NCBI GenBank assembly: GCA_002269645.1
Contig: NIVC01001208.1
Location: 137,444 to 201,443, forward strand
Source of the DNA: Macrostomum lignano
Lineage: Eukaryota
Direction of reading: 5' to 3'
DNA: 64,000 bases
Position 1 is the first letter of the stretch. Each line of letters starts with the position of its first letter. The translations under genes were made by a program, and so were the position numbers. Below the pieces are notes generated by a model. It had not been told where the DNA came from. It ran no database searches and saw only the letters and a list, made by a program, of their open reading frames with translations. This document shows positions 18,099 to 32,894 of the stretch, piece after piece.

Positions 18099-18829
18099 AG
18101 CTCAAGTTAAAAAGTCAACAATATTCAATCATCATTCAGCAGTATCCCAGGCTCTATATGACGCTATTAACGTGGACTTCCTCAGCCAGACAGACATTAG
18201 CAGAAATCCCGAAGAGGCCGTCAAATTTGAGACTCGGAAAGTAAAAAGTAAAGAAAAAACTTTGCGGCTGATTAAATAATGCGAAGGACTCGACATGCAA
18301 ATTCGAAGAGTTCTAGCTCCCTCTCCTTCTCGGCATACTTTTGATTCGATAGAATTCTCGTTTCAGAATCGAATTTTCGTTTCTCGGTCAAACGAGCTAA
18401 TAAATGCAATTTGTTGTTTCCTTATCCCGTCTCCTTTTCTCCCCTTTAGGTCCTTGCGCCTTTGGATTTGATTGCCAAACTAACTTTTCTGGTTTGGTCA
18501 AGCAGAGTTAAAGAAACGTGTAAGGCATGAAGGATGTCTGGTTGAACAATTTTTAGTCGTATATAAGATTACGGCAGACAGTGGACTACATGTACTGAAT
18601 ATTAGTTAGAGTATACTATTCGTTGAGTGCCAGTAAATAAGTGAGAGAAACGACATTTGATGGATGACTGGCCTCGCTAGACTTAAACTCTTAGGATGAA
18701 AAGGATTGGCTCAATTCGACTTTAGCACATTTCATAACAATTTGGATTTACTTTAACAGTCAATAAGGTTCTTTACAGTTTTGGTTGTTCTGTGAAATAG
18801 GAGAAATCAGTAATTAATTCTGCGTTCTT

Positions 18830-19285
18830 GGGGTGAGGAAGCGAGGTGTTTTTAGGGGTAGGGAGTGAGGTGGATGTTTTTGGTGGCAGGGAGTGAGGTA
18901 GATGCTTTTGGGGGCAGGGAGTGAGGTGGATGCTTTTGGGGCAAGGGAGTAAGGTGGGTGTTTTTCGGGCAGGGAGTGAGGTGGGTGTTTTGGGGGCAGG
19001 GAGTGAGGTGTGTTTTTAAGGGCAGGGAGTGAGGTGGGTGCTTTTGGGGCCAGGGAGTGAGGTGGGTGTTTTAGGTTCAGGGAGTGAATTGGGTGTTTTT
19101 GGGGGCAGGAAGTGAGATGGGTGTTTTTGGGGCCAGGGAGTGAGTTAGATGTTTTTGGGGGCACAGAGTGAGTTGGGTGTTGTTAAGATCCAGGGAGTGA
19201 GTTGGGTGTTTTAGGGTCAGGGAGTGAATTTGGTGTTTTTGGGGGCAGGGAGTGAGGTGGGTGTTTTTAGGGGTAGAGTGAAGTG
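18830..19285. repeat. ~28-bp G-rich minisatellite (GGGAGTGAGGTGGGTGTTTTTGGGGCA)
   Basis: Tandem degenerate copies. Confidence 0.85.
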
Positions 19286-19989
19286 AGCGTTTCAAATCCA
19301 ATATGCTAAAATAAAATGTACGTACGCATATATAGGGAACTAAATTTCAATACAATACGGAGATGCAGCTCTCTAAATGAACTCGATGAAGCACTAACTT
19401 ATTCAGACGGTTCCCGAAAAAGGAACACCGTAAAATGCAAATTCAATTTAATAGCTTGATCGTCAATCATTTGGCTGTTTCAAAGCAGAAAAAGCAAGCT
19501 TAAGAAGAACCGCCTACGCACGAGTTTTGTAAGAAATTATTCACAATATTTACTTTACATATATCTATCATACATACGATGTATACAGAAGCCTACTGCA
19601 CCCCAGGTGAACTCGGCATGTTGAGCAAACGTTTTTGCCCCTCCCCTTACCGTTGAACAAAATGTTGGGAAGACGAAAAAGGCGCGGCAAATAACTACGT
19701 CTTTTGCAGAACAAATTGAACCGACGCCATATAATATTCAGTCACCCAGAGTGCTGAGGAATTAGCAATGCGTCCTTAACTTGACTTCCTCTTTTTAACC
19801 CCGTCGCCAAGGTTGCTTAGACAGATTTCCCACGAGAGTAGGTTTGAGGGATTCATATGTTAGACTAATAAATGAATTAGACAGTTGCTAAAATGCTAAG
19901 AACAAAAGTGTGGGAAAATTCATTGTCCCCCATTTGTCTTCCAGTATCGCGGTAGATGGGTCTGTGGGAGCATCATCGGGTCTGGAGTC

Positions 19990-20250
19990 TGGATCTATGA
20001 GATTGGGGTTAGGATCTATGGCCTTGGGGTCAGTTTTATGGGCTTGGGGTCAGGATCTATATGGGATTGGGGTCAGGATCTATGGGCTTGGGGTCAGGAT
20101 CTATGGGCTTGGGGTCAGGATCTATATGGGATTGGGGTCAGGATCTATGGGCTTGGGGTCAGGATCTATGGGCTTGGGGTCAGGATCTATATGGGATTGG
20201 GGTCAGGATCTATGGGCTTGGGGTCAGGATCTATGGGCTTGGGGTCAGGT
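19990..20250. repeat. 21/23-bp minisatellite (GGATCTATGGGCTTGGGGTCA)
   Basis: Tandem copies. Confidence 0.85.
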
Positions 20251-21324
20251 CTTTGGGCACAGTTTGATTAACACTGAGGACCTGGGAGGCTGGCCCAGCA
20301 ACTGAGGAACTGTGAGGGTGGCCCAGCAACTGATAGTTAGTAACCTGGAATAACAATGTATGCCATTTATCGCTTATAGTTTCAGTGCAGAAAGCAATGA
20401 AATCAAGTCAGCGATATCTGTTACAGGTGAGTTTTGTTGTACATGAAAATGACACCAAAATACCTGCTGCACAGAGTTTTACTTATTGCTCAACAACACG
20501 GGTTTAAACAAATGGAGGCATTAAAAATGTTCATTGAGTTCATTGAGTTTGCGGTAAACATATTCAATAAATAAGCTAGCGCTAGGCGAGATTGCACCCA
20601 CAAAAGTGCATTTGAGTAAGCAGCTGAAGCGATAATCAGTTTGATCAGGAATAAAAGTTCCTACAAAGAGGGTATAAATAAGTGCAATAAAACGACTGGA
20701 ATGTGTTCGATTTGTTGGGGTCGCTTAGAAATTCTAGGCCAGGAATGTGCGCAGCATACTACTATTGTTAGTAAAAAGTAAAACAAATTGCACTCGCAGG
20801 AAAAATAATGAGCGAATGAAATTCGGTTAAAATTATCAAGCTGACAAAAAATGAAAAAAGAACAAAAAAACAAAGCTGACTTCGGATGGAAAATTAGAAA
20901 ATTGACTTGATTTTAAAAATCAGTTTAGCTTGCAGAAAGATTAACAAAAAGCATTTTGCACATTCAAAATTGTGTTGTAATAAACAGGTTTTAGGTTCTA
21001 TGAAATGTTATAAATAACTTAAATACAACAACAGAATATAAAAAATGTTATAAATATGAATTATTCATAGATATAAAAATATTGCACAATGCACTTAAAT
21101 GTGCTATAATCCATGCATAAACTTCTACACAGATTATTGCACAGTTGTAAAAGTTTTGTTGCTAAAATTTTAACGATGTTTAATTTCTTTAACAGACACT
21201 GATACAGCTTTTGTAGCACTTGAAATTCATTGTAATGACAGCACAACGTGACCGCTTGTGTATCACCCCTGAACCCTGAATTGTAATAAACTAATCTAAC
21301 TGCTGAATAGTTTTTACAAACTGA

Positions 21325-22712
21325 ATAGCTAATTACAACCATCGATCTACACCCTCAATAGTTTATTACAACCATCAATCTACACCCTGAATAGTTTATT
21401 ACACTCATAAATCTACACCCTGAATAGTTTATTACACTCATAAATCTACACCCTGAATAGTTTATTACAATCATAAAGCTACACCCTGAATTGTTTATTA
21501 CAACCATCAATCTACACCCTGAATAGTTTCTTACAATCATAAAGCTACACACTGAATAGTTTATTACAACCATCAATCTACACCCTGAATAGTTTATTAC
21601 ACTCATAAAGCTACACACTGAATAGTTTATTACAACCATCAATCTACACCCTGAATAGTTTATTACACTCATAAATCTACAACCTGAATAGTTTATTACA
21701 CTCATAAATCTACACCCTGAATAGTTTATTACAATCATAAATCTACACCCTGAATAGTTTATTACACTCATAAATCTACAACCTGAATAGTTTATTACAC
21801 TCATAAATCTACACCCTGAATAGTTTATTACAATCATAAATCTACACACTGAATAGTTTATTACAACCATCAATCTACACCCTGAATAGTTTATTACACT
21901 CATAAATCTACACCCTGAATTGTTTATTACACTCATAAAGCTACACCCTGAATAGTTTATTACACTCATAAATCTACACCCTGAATAGTTTATTACAATC
22001 ATAAATCTACACACTGAATAGTTTATTACAATCATAAATCTACACACTGAATAGTTTATTACAATCATAAATCTACACACTGAATAGTTTATTACACTCA
22101 TAAAGCTACACACTGAATAGTTTATTACACTCATAAAGCTACACACTGAATAGTTTATTACACTCATAAATCTACACCCTGAATTGTTTATTACACTCAT
22201 AAAGCTACACACTGAATAGTTTATTACACTCATAAAGCTACACACTGAATAGTTTATTACACTCATAAATCTACACCCTGAATAGTTTATTACACTCATA
22301 AAGCTACACACTGAATAGTTTATTACAATCATAAATCTACACCCTGAATTGTTTATTACACTCATAAAGCTACACACTGAATTGTTTATTACACTCATAA
22401 AGCTACACACTGAATAGTTTATTACACTCATAAATCTACACCCTGAATAGTTTATTACACTCATAAAGCTACACACTGAATTGTTTATTACACTCATAAA
22501 GCTACACACTGAATAGTTTATTACACTCATAAATCTACACCCTGAATAGTTTATTACAATCATAAATCTACACCCTGAATAGTTTATTACAATCATAAAT
22601 CTACACCCTGAATAGTTTATTACAATCATAAATCTACACCCTGAATAGTTTATTACAATCATAAATCTACACACTGAATAGTTTATTACAATCATAAATC
22701 TACACCCTGAAC
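21325..22712. repeat. 33-bp minisatellite (AAATCTACACCCTGAATAGTTTATTACACTCAT)
   Basis: About 42 copies, starting immediately 3' of the claudin-like stop codon. Confidence 0.93.
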
Positions 22713-22720
22713 AGAACCTT

Positions 22721-24729
22721 CTACACAGTGGTATCGCCGCCAAATTCTTCGTGCGCTTTCAAAGGTCGCGAGCTCGCGCCGTAGCCGCGACGCTCGCCGG
22801 CGTAGCGACGGAAGCCGCTGTCAACGCCGGCGCCGACGCTGGCATTGGCGGGCGCGGCACCGTGGCTCAGATGACTGGACGCGGTGATTGACATCGGGAA
22901 ATTGTACTGCTCATCGTCCAGCCTCACCGCGTCGGCCAGTTGCTGGCTAAACAGCACTATTATAGCGAAGCCGGTGAAGAAAGTGGCCAGGCAGGAGAGA
23001 CCGAACGACCAGGATGGCCAGTTCAAGGATGGGATCGGCATCCAGTAGGGATCGTTGTGTTTGAATGCGAATATGATGTTGGCGATGATTAGACAGCAGA
23101 CTGCGGGACAGGATTGACATGGATGAGCTGCCGGTAGACTTTGATTAGGTACATGGAGTACTTAGGAGGCTGGTGGGTGGCCCCAGAAACTGATTATCTG
23201 GGAGGCTGGCCCAGCAACTGATTATCTGGGAGGCTGGCCCAGAATATCTGGGAGGCTAGCTAAGCAACTGACACTCTGGGAGGCTGGCCCAGGAACTAAG
23301 GATCTGGGAGGCTGGCCCAGCGATTGAGTATCTGGGAGGCTGGCCCAGTAACTGAGCATCTGGGAGGCTGGCCTAGCAACTGAGGATCTGGGAGGCTCGC
23401 CCAGCAGCTGAGAATCTGGGAGGCTGGCCCAGCTACTGGGGATCTGGGAGGCCGGCCCAGAAACTAAGGATCTGGGAGGCTGGCCCAGCAACTGAGAATC
23501 TGGGAGGCTGGCCCAGCTACTGGGGATCTGGGAGGCTGGCCCAGAAACTAAGGATCTGGGAGGCTGGCCCAGCAGCTGAGTATCTGGGAGGCTGGCCCAG
23601 CAACTGAGTATCTGGAAGAGTTTAGCAAAGAAAGTCAGTAATAAAAGGTGTAAGACTTACAGATAAAAATGTTGATGTAGTACAGCACCCGAGACAGCAG
23701 GACCCTCTGCTGCACATGGGTGATGACATCACAGGTGTAGACAAGCATTAGGATTACATTGGCTAGGCCAATCAGGAATGCCAAGGTTACAAACAACTGA
23801 ATGAATCGAAACCAAGCTAAAAAGTGTTGCACAGGGAGTGGGTTCTTGTTTTTATGATTCAGAGCATTTGGAAGGCAAGATAAGGAGATATTATAAAATA
23901 TTAACAAATCATTTTGGTATATTTATAAAAAAAATTTAAGTTATATACCATAAAGTATGGCTTTTCAAATTTAGTTTACCTACATTTTATGAAAAAAATA
24001 ATATACAAGCAAAACAAGAAAACTATTAATAAGCTATGTTATTAACTTGTAATAACTTGCAAATTATTTTCCGAATTGAAAATATTTTGGAATTTTTTTA
24101 TGACTTTTATCTAAGCACTTGTCTTATATTTTAGGTTTCAAGTTTTAAACACTAATAATAATAAGTTAATAATTGATGGAAAATCCCAGTTTATATAGTT
24201 CAATTGTAATTAATTCAATTATTATACTATTTCAAATAGGCAATCAATCTGTGATTGAAAGGATTTTATTGGTAGGCAGATCTATAGTCAGGCATAACAA
24301 TATGCATATACATATATCACATAAATTTATGGTACGGCATTGTACAGAACTTCTAAAAATTGTATTAACGGTCTCTTGTGCATAAAAAAGGATTTTATTG
24401 CAGCAGAAACATTACTTACGAGGAGTTAGTACATTCCGAATAGGATCATAATATGGAGCGAATATCCACCAGCATCCATAAAATGACTGCACATTTTCAT
24501 CCCGTCTGTGTACATAGCCGTCCATGCAGAATTCCCATAGTCCGAGTTTATCAAATGGGGTGTGAATACGCGACCAAGAGACGAGCCAGTAAGGAGAAAC
24601 AAAAGAAATTAGAACTGAAATGAATGATACAATACTGAAAACTGTCGCAACAACCTTCTTTTGAAAAAATCTCCTTGACATCCTCGCGGACTTCCCATTT
24701 TGCTGTTGGTATGGCTGATACTGGTTCAT
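22721..24729 (-). CDS. Claudin-like (PMP22/claudin superfamily, invertebrate septate-junction type) protein, ~281 aa
   Basis: Exons 24729..24420, 23816..23661, 23100..22721 total 846 nt in frame. TM1 is followed by SPYW..GLWEFC..C (claudin W-GLW-C-C signature); four hydrophobic segments; NDPYWMP..WSFGLS before TM4; C-terminal DTTV is a class I PDZ-ligand-like end. Confidence 0.85.
23165..23615. repeat. 28-bp minisatellite (reverse complement of the 6740-7600 family) in claudin-like intron 2
   Basis: Unit GCTGGCCCAGCAACTGAGGATCTGGGAG. Confidence 0.9.
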
Positions 24730-27074
24730 TATGGCAACAAAACAAAAGACCAGACGACTATTTTAAAAATCAAGAGCTGAAAGAGACTGTAATTTCTACT
24801 TTCAGCTCCTGGCCGCTGGCCTGACTTTGTCTCTGTACCTGGTCTCGGTCAAGGTACAAATCCAGGAAATTTTTTTATTTTGAAATTGTGCGCGCGTCAA
24901 TAGTGTGCCTAGTATATCAAAAATAAAAAAAAGTTATACGTTAAACTATTATTACAACGTGATGAAATTTATTTTCCGACGCTACATTCGTAATATACCT
25001 AGTATAATAGTAAAACTAAAGATTTTTTTATTTGCGGTATATGAAAATGAAAATACAAGAATACTACGAGTTTTCGCGTGATCTCATCCGTCTCAATGTA
25101 CTCGCAAGTGACTTGACTTCGCTCAAAAGCGATTTTATCGATTTTAGGTTCGTTTTTACAAACTTTAAATAGTGCTATGAGGATTGTTTTTTCGCATTTA
25201 ATACTATATAGTACGCCTTTATTGATTTTTCAAAAGTTTATTATTTGAAACAATATATTGATACCATGCATAAACGCAAAAAGTGTCAAAAACATGCATT
25301 AATTTATAAGCTTATAACCAAACCAGAAAATCAAACCAGAAAATATATATTTCATTTGCAAATATTCGCGTGATATATCAGCTTTGATAGATGATCTATG
25401 ATCGATCTATCATCTATCAGCTTTATTTCAGCTTTTTAGGTTCGTTCTAGTGATAGCGATTCGATCTTGAATTTATTAAATGTCAGTATGCAATTACATG
25501 TACATGTATATCTTCTTATCAATACCACAACATTTTTTTCATATAGTTGGCATTATGTGCATTTGATCTAAAGCCTAGAGTTCTGAGTTGCAAAAAGTGA
25601 ATAGACAATTCGATTTTATATGCGTTTTAATTGTAGTCAGTTCGAATGGACACGGAGCTAAATTAAAAAATTGCATGACCATGCATTCAATTATCGTCGG
25701 CCGATCGCGTATGTAGGCACTGCGCACTGCGCACTCCAAAGTCAGCCTCTATAACAGGATTAGTCCCTGGTTTATTTGGAAAGATCGAGGGCAATAATAA
25801 TAACTACTGGCATACGGATAATACATTAGCAACAGGGATAAAAATTGAAGGAGTTGGCCTTTTTTATTCAATTTCTGATCATACATTTACATGTAGGTAG
25901 AATTCTCAGGCATTCGATTGGATATCGAATTATTCGGCAAATTGCCAAAATCCCAATGGGAGTGGCACGATAGTGAGTGTATAGCTGGGCAAATTGCCAC
26001 GATCCATCTGCTAGTAGGGGCTAATTATTGCATGATTTGTGTCTCATTTTAGCTTAACTCTGTACTCATTCTAAGTACATAACTGCTATATTTTTTATTA
26101 TGATCAACTGTGAATCTACATGTAGTTGCATGGGTGAATAATGCGAATTTAATGGTACAAAAGTGTGATGGTGCTCACTATCTAATCAAATAATTATAAA
26201 AGTTACCAAATAAACAAATACAAGTTAAAAATAAAAAATCTAACCAAAACCATAAGCAAATTTGACGCTATTCATTACTATTCGCGACTTGTCTGCTCGT
26301 TGGTCGATAAACATGTACGAGCAAATAGTCTATGGCAAAACTTGTTTAATTTAGTGTACACTCGTATAATGGCAGCTAGCTTCTCTAACTCGCTAATGGA
26401 CGAGCACTTTGAAGCCAAATGAAAGATCATTATTTAGTAAACAATGATTGCGTGTTAAATAATTCCTGTGCACTTTTTGAGTCCTATAGATACTTTCAGA
26501 AGAAGTAAAGCTGAGCACTATTTTGAGGTCGGTATTAAACTGTTAAGTAAGTAATTAGATATTAGGATGAAAAAAGAATACATTAGTATCAATGGAACGC
26601 AATGTAATGCGCAATTCAGGACTATAATACTCCATAATAACGCGCAGTTTGAGAATAGAAGACTGTATGAGGTTGTGCTCATAAGCCTATACGATCCCGC
26701 AACACCATGCAATCTTCTTTTGGTATCCAGGAAGTAGCGGGTGATTCTCAGCTGCTTCCAATAAAACCGCTTCATAGCCTTACCTGTACAGCTTAGCCGC
26801 ACACGTCCCCTTTACAATGCGTTCCCATTTCGTTCTCATTTTAGGAGAACTAAGATTTATGATAGGATTCAGTACTCAAAAGCATCACATTGGCTAGGTT
26901 AAATCCGAGGGTTTACTCATGGATTATATAATTAAAGTTGAGGAAAAATGTCTAACCCTGAGGTCGTTGTCTTGGAAAGGGTTTTCCCATGAAACTAATA
27001 GTTTAGATAAGCATGTTGTGACTTGGTTGTAGTATGAGATAAATACACTGTGAAACGGGCGGGCTGAACGGGCA

Positions 27075-27480
27075 GGGTTGTGGCGTGAGGTGGCGGCATA
27101 GCGGGTAGCGAAATTAATTAGAATAAAAAGGCTGGATAAGGAGGCTTGCGGCGTGAGGTGGCTGCCTGGCGGGGTAGAGAGTGTAATTAGAATAGAAAGG
27201 CTGGATAAGGAGGCTTGCGGCGTGAGGTGGCTGCCTGGCGGGGTAGAGAGTGTAATTAGAATAGAAAGGCTGGATAAGGAGGCTTGCGGCGTGAGGTGGC
27301 TGCCTGGCGGGGTAGCGAATTTAATTAAAATAGACAAGGAGGATTGTGACGTGAGGTGGCTGTCTTGGCGGGGTAGCGAATTTAACTAAAATAGACAAGG
27401 AAGGTCGTGGAGCGAGGTGGCTGCCTGGCAGGGTAGATAATTTATAGAATGGACAAGCTGGATGTGAGGTGGGTGTCCTG
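27075..27480. repeat. ~69-bp tandem repeat
   Basis: GGCTGGATAAGGAGGCTTGCGGCGTGAGGTGGCTGCCTGGCGGGGTAG.. occurs ~5-6 times and degenerates. Confidence 0.8.
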
Positions 27481-28329
27481 AAATGAATGGAGGCAGAATA
27501 TACAGAATCAAAGGACACAGAATTTGGCACTACATATTTTTCTATATCTCAGTTGTCTAGCTTGATTCGCGCTACAAGTCACTAAAAGCAGCTCAGGAAA
27601 GAGAAAAATTACAATACGGAACAGGTAAATCACAGCAATAAGCGAACCTTCCATTGTTTCTTACATCAAAAGGGGATGCTTTTGAGTCCGCACGGGTAAA
27701 TTGATTGCAGCTTAAAAATAGATTAAGTCTAGATATAGATGGAATATGGATTCAGGTAATTATTTAGCGCAGCGACTGTTACATGCATGAAATCACAGTG
27801 CCTTGCTGGTAGACCCGCAGCCAAGGATAAAAAAGCAATTTTTTGACTGCATTTTTTTCGACTGTCAAAAACGTTTCCTCCTCTGAAGGCCTGATCAGCA
27901 ACAAAGGTTGGCTGGCAATTCGAGATTGAATGAGAGAGATAGGCAGGGAGCAAGGCAGATCAGTTGAGCCCTGAGCAGAATGAAGAGAGTACTGTATACC
28001 GTAGATGCCGACGAATGCACAAGGGTTATGGGTGATGGGATCTGCTCCATGCGCTGCGATTGGATGAATTCTATAGCTATATAACTTGGGATTTTTACCT
28101 GCAATTTACTGAGGCTTCTATAGGCGTATTGCAGAAATAAACCAACGTTTAATTTTCAACCATTCGGCTTCTGAAGTGAATTTGAGATATTTCAAGCCAG
28201 GGGTAAGTAGTGTCGTTTTTTCGACAATATTGATACTGCTGATATGAATTACTATTTCAGATAAAATTAAATGATCTGGGTTAGACTGACAGACGCGGAG
28301 TAGGTCAGGGTGTGATAAGGAGAGTCCCA

Positions 28330-30012
28330 CTGTGAGAGAAGGAGGGACTGTGAGATAAGGAGAGTTACACTGTGAGATAGGAGAGTTACACTGTGAGATA
28401 GGAGAGTTACACTGTGAGATAGGAGAGTTACACTGTGAGATAGGAGAGTTACACTGTGAGATAGGAGAGTTACACTGTGAGATAAGGATAGTTACACTGT
28501 GAGATAAGGAGAGTTACACTGTGAGATAAGGAGAGTTACACTGTGAGATAAGGAGAGTTACACTGTGAGATAGGAGAGTTACACTGTGAGATAGGAGAGT
28601 TACACTGTGAGATAGGAGAGTTACACTGTGAGATAGGAGAGTTACACTGTGAGATAGGAGAGTTACACTGTGAGATAGGAGAGTTACACTGTGAGATAGG
28701 AGAGTTACACTGTGAGATAAGGATAGTTACACTGTGAGATAAGGAGAGTTACACTGTGAGATAAGGAGAGTTACACTGTGAGATAAGGAGAGTTACACTG
28801 TGAGATAAGGAGAGTTACACTGTGAGATAAGGAGAGTTACACTGTGAGATAGGAGAGTTACACTGTGAGATAAGAATAGTTACACTGTGAGATAAGGATA
28901 GTTACACTGTGAGATAAGGATAGTTACACTGTGAGATAAGGAGAGTTACACTGTGAGATAGGAGAGTTACACTGTGAGATAGGAGAGTTACACTGTGAGA
29001 TAAGAATAGTTAGACTGTGAGATAAGGATAGTTACACTGTGAGATAAGGAGAGTTACACTGTGAGATAAGGATAGTTACACTGTGAGATAAGGATAGTTA
29101 CACTGTGAGATAGGAGAGTTACACTGTGAGATAGGAGAGTTACACTGTGAGATAAGGAGAGTTACACTGTGAGATAAGGAGAGTTACACTGTGAGATAAG
29201 GAGAGTCAGACTGGGAAAGAAGGAGAATCGGACAGAGAAGGAGAGTCAGACTGTGAGAGAAGGAGAGTCAGACTGTGAGAGAAGGAGAGTCAGACTGTGA
29301 GAGAAGGAGAGTCAGACTGTGAGAGAAGGAGAGACTGTGAGAGAAAGAGAGTCAGATTGTGAAATAAAGAGAGTCAGACTGTGAGAGAAGAAGAGTCAGA
29401 TTGTGAGAGAAAGAGAGTCAGACTGTGAGAGAAGGAGAGTCAGATTGTGAAATAAAGAGAGTCAGACTGTGAGAGAAGAAAAGTCAGATTGTGAAATAAA
29501 GAGAGTCAGACTGTGAGAGAAAGAGAGTCAGATTGTGAAATAAAGAGAGTCAGACTGTGAGAGAAGAAGAGTCAGATTGTGAAATAAAGAGAGTCAGACT
29601 GTGAGAGAAAGAGAGTCAGATTGTGAAATAAAGAGAGTCAGACTGTGAGAGAAAGAGAGTCAGACTGTGAGAGAAGGAGAGTCAGATTGTGAAATAAAGA
29701 GAGTCAGACTGTGAGAGAAAGAGAGTCAGATTGTGAAATAAAGAGAGTCAGACTGTGAGAGAAAGAGAGTCAGATTGTGAAATAAAGAGAGTCAGACTGT
29801 GAGAGAAAGAGAGTCAGACTGTGAGAGAAGGAGAGTCAGATTGTGAAATAAAGAGAGTCAGACTGTGAGAGAAAGAGAGTCAGATTGTGAAATAAAGAGA
29901 GTCAGACTGTGAGAGAAGAAGAGTCAGATTGTGAAATAAAGAGAGTCAGACTGTGAGAGAAAGAGAGTCAGATTGTGAAATAAAGAGAGTCAGACTGTGA
30001 GAGAAGGAGAGT
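28330..30012. repeat. Compound 21-22 bp minisatellite (AGAGTTACACTGTGAGATAGG, shifting to AGAGTCAGACTGTGAGAGAAGG)
   Basis: Two related unit types meet at ~29200. Confidence 0.92.
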
Positions 30013-30569
30013 CACACCCTGCCAGGCCTGACGGGGCCCCACTACAAGTTTGCTCACACTCCAAAAGAAAACCGAAAGCGCGCACAGAGTGGGTGATGGG
30101 AATGAGTTAAGGGTGCCTGAACTCAGCCTCCTCCTATCCCCCGTGTGTGCCCGCATAAATTATTAATGTTAGTCATATAGCGATTACTTACAAACCCTCA
30201 CTTCCCCCGTATGGATTAATGTCCCGTGAAATTTCCTTCTCCGCTCCCGTATTTATCCTCCCCCCTTCCAGCCCGCATGAGATTAGCAATGCTTCTAGAC
30301 AATTATAAGGCCAGGAAAGCACAGTGCAGTTGTCTTTAAACCCGAGTGTTTACATGTTTTTCTTGAAGCGTGAAAATGCTCTGCCTTACGACTAGCGACT
30401 CTGAATTAATGGCTTTCCTAGTTAACTGCATCTCGACCTGATGCAACTTTTTTCTAGTTTTCAGACGCCTTTTCAGATGGGCTCCTTGCCGTCCCTAGCC
30501 CTGCTCATATTCCTTCTCGTCAGGAAAGTGACATTCTTGCCTCTCAATTTTCACTTAGTTTTCTCTTTT

Positions 30570-31082
30570 ACACTCTTCTGTCACTCTCTTCTGTCACTCT
30601 CTTCTGTCACTCTCTTCTGTCACTCTCTTCTGTCACTCTCTTCTGTCACTCTCTTCTGTCACTCTCTTCTGTCACTCTCTTCTGTCACTCTCTTCTGTCA
30701 CTCTCTTCTGTCACTCTCTTCTGTCTCTCTTGTTTCCCTCTCTCAAGTTTCTGTCTAATTCTTTGTGTCGCTCTCTTCACTGTCACTCTCTTCACTGTCA
30801 CTCTCTTCACTGTCACTCGCTTCACTGTCACTCGCTTCACTGTCACTCTCTTCACTGTCACTCTCTTCTGTCACTCTCAAGTTTCTGTCTTATTCTTTGT
30901 GTCGCTCTATTTACTGCCCCTCTCTTCATTGTCACTCTCTTCACTGTCACTCTCTTCATTGTCACTCTCTTCACTGTCACTCTCTTCACTGTCACTCTCT
31001 TCACTGTCACTCTCTTCACTGTCACTCTCTACACTGTCACTCTCTTTACTTTCACTCTCTTCACTGTCACCCTATTGTCTGT
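30570..31082. repeat. 13/15-bp minisatellite (CTGTCACTCTCTT[CA])
   Basis: Tandem copies. Confidence 0.88.
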
Positions 31083-31477
31083 CACTCCATTCTGCCACTC
31101 TCTATTCAATCACTTTCCCCTTATTTTGCTATCTTCTCTTTCATCAGCCTCCCATATCTCCCATTTCCAATTCCCTATGCAGTTCTATTATCCTCATGCA
31201 CTCCTGCCTTCACTCCTCATCCCCTCACCCACTCTCCCAGCCTCCCAACCATAGTATTGTCAGTCAAGCCCTTTGTTATCCTTACCCATACGCAAAGCCG
31301 GTCTAAGCCAGTCGCTGCCTCAGGACATGGATGCTTAAGGCTGCGCACTCAGCGCTCCCCACTATTCTAGCTCAGACAGGGGGGGGGTTAAAATCTGAGA
31401 CTACGAGACTATCAGCTTCGGCCTTGGCTCTGTTATGCGTAGTTTTTGATACGTTAATAAATTATTAATTGCTGGCC

Positions 31478-31515
<38 letters not shown>

Positions 31516-31744
31516 GGTTATTTCTGTCTCCTATTCTTACACCGTTGAGAGTACTGAGCTCCTACAGAAGTATATGGCTTGACTCTGGCATGCGCGAATA
31601 GCGTAAAACTGTAGAGAATTGTATATTACTTTTAATTGATTGTAAAATTCACTAGAATGTGTTAAATGCCGTTACTTAAAATGATAAATGATTTTCTTAA
31701 AGAACAATTGATTTATAAACAATCAAAAGACAATGGAAAGTTAA

Positions 31745-32050
31745 GAGAATGAAGAATTTAGGAAAATTTAGGGAATGAGGTATTTATAGAATTTATGGAG
31801 TAGGAAATTTAGAGGATGGAGATTTAGGGGATGGGGAATTTAGGGAATAGGGGATTTAGGGGATGGAATTTAGGGGATGGGAATTAGGGGATGGGGATTT
31901 ATGGGGATGGGGAATTTAAAGGATGGGGATTTAGGGGATGGGGATTTAGGGGATGGGAATTTAGGGAATAGGCGATTTAGGGATAGTGGAATTTAAGGTA
32001 GGGAAAATTTACATGTAAGGATTGGGGAATTCAGGGATTGGGGAATTTCA
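31745..32050. repeat. ~15-bp G-rich degenerate repeat (GGGGATGGGAATTTA)
   Basis: Direct reading. Confidence 0.75.
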
Positions 32051-32894
32051 GCAGAACAAATTGAGAGACAGTAGCAATCATTGACTGGGGCAGGCATCCA
32101 CTTTAACTAAGAACTTCGGTGGCAAAATTACGAGCTTAACGTCAACTGCTCTGTCTCATCAGCTGGGCAGTGAATGAGGTGTACAAACTTAAGTCTTGGG
32201 AGCTGGCAGGTTGGGCTGGATTTACGGAATCGATAGCACAACTCTGCAGAGCTCTAGCTCATTACTCGGACGCGCTCAGCTAGAGAATATGTGAGTTTGC
32301 AGCCACAGCTCGTACAGCCCGTGTCACTCAATATTCATAGACTCGCTCTGGCCTCCTTCCTCGTGTCGCGCTAAAAGTAAGATCGATCTGAACTCATCCT
32401 TCTCTGGCGTGTGTCCGATGCCTTCGATTTGGCAAAGCTTGCACCCACTCTCAAACTTGGAAAGGTTTTCGTACGCGAAGCTATTGTAGATATTCATCAT
32501 AACGATTACTCTCTTTTTTCACAGTTTTTATTGAGTCTACTGAATTAGCCTACTGAAAGTAGCATGCAGAGAAAGTTTCTTAAAAAATTGGAGAGTTTAG
32601 TGAGATCTGATCGTCTTTGAAAACACGGATAGCTGCGTTTTCTGCAAGTTTTCTTTATCAGTTCAAATTACTGCACGAATTTGAAGACACTTAAAAGAAC
32701 AAAAATTGCGAATAATTAGCTCGCATCATGCAGAAATTACTGCGGTTATTAAAAGTTTTTTTAGCAACAAAAAAATAAACACAGTTGAGTCATTAAAACA
32801 AATTGGTCTACGAAGGTTTTTGAACGACAACACTCTTAATAGATCAGAAAATAAGGCTGTGGAAAAGTCACCATCTTCAAATAGTGGGAAAAGG

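Noticed and set aside
21355-22743. 462-aa ORF of SGCRFMIVINY repeats
   Set aside because: It is a 33-bp minisatellite lying 3' of the claudin-like stop codon, with DNA-level homogeneity and no splice or protein evidence.
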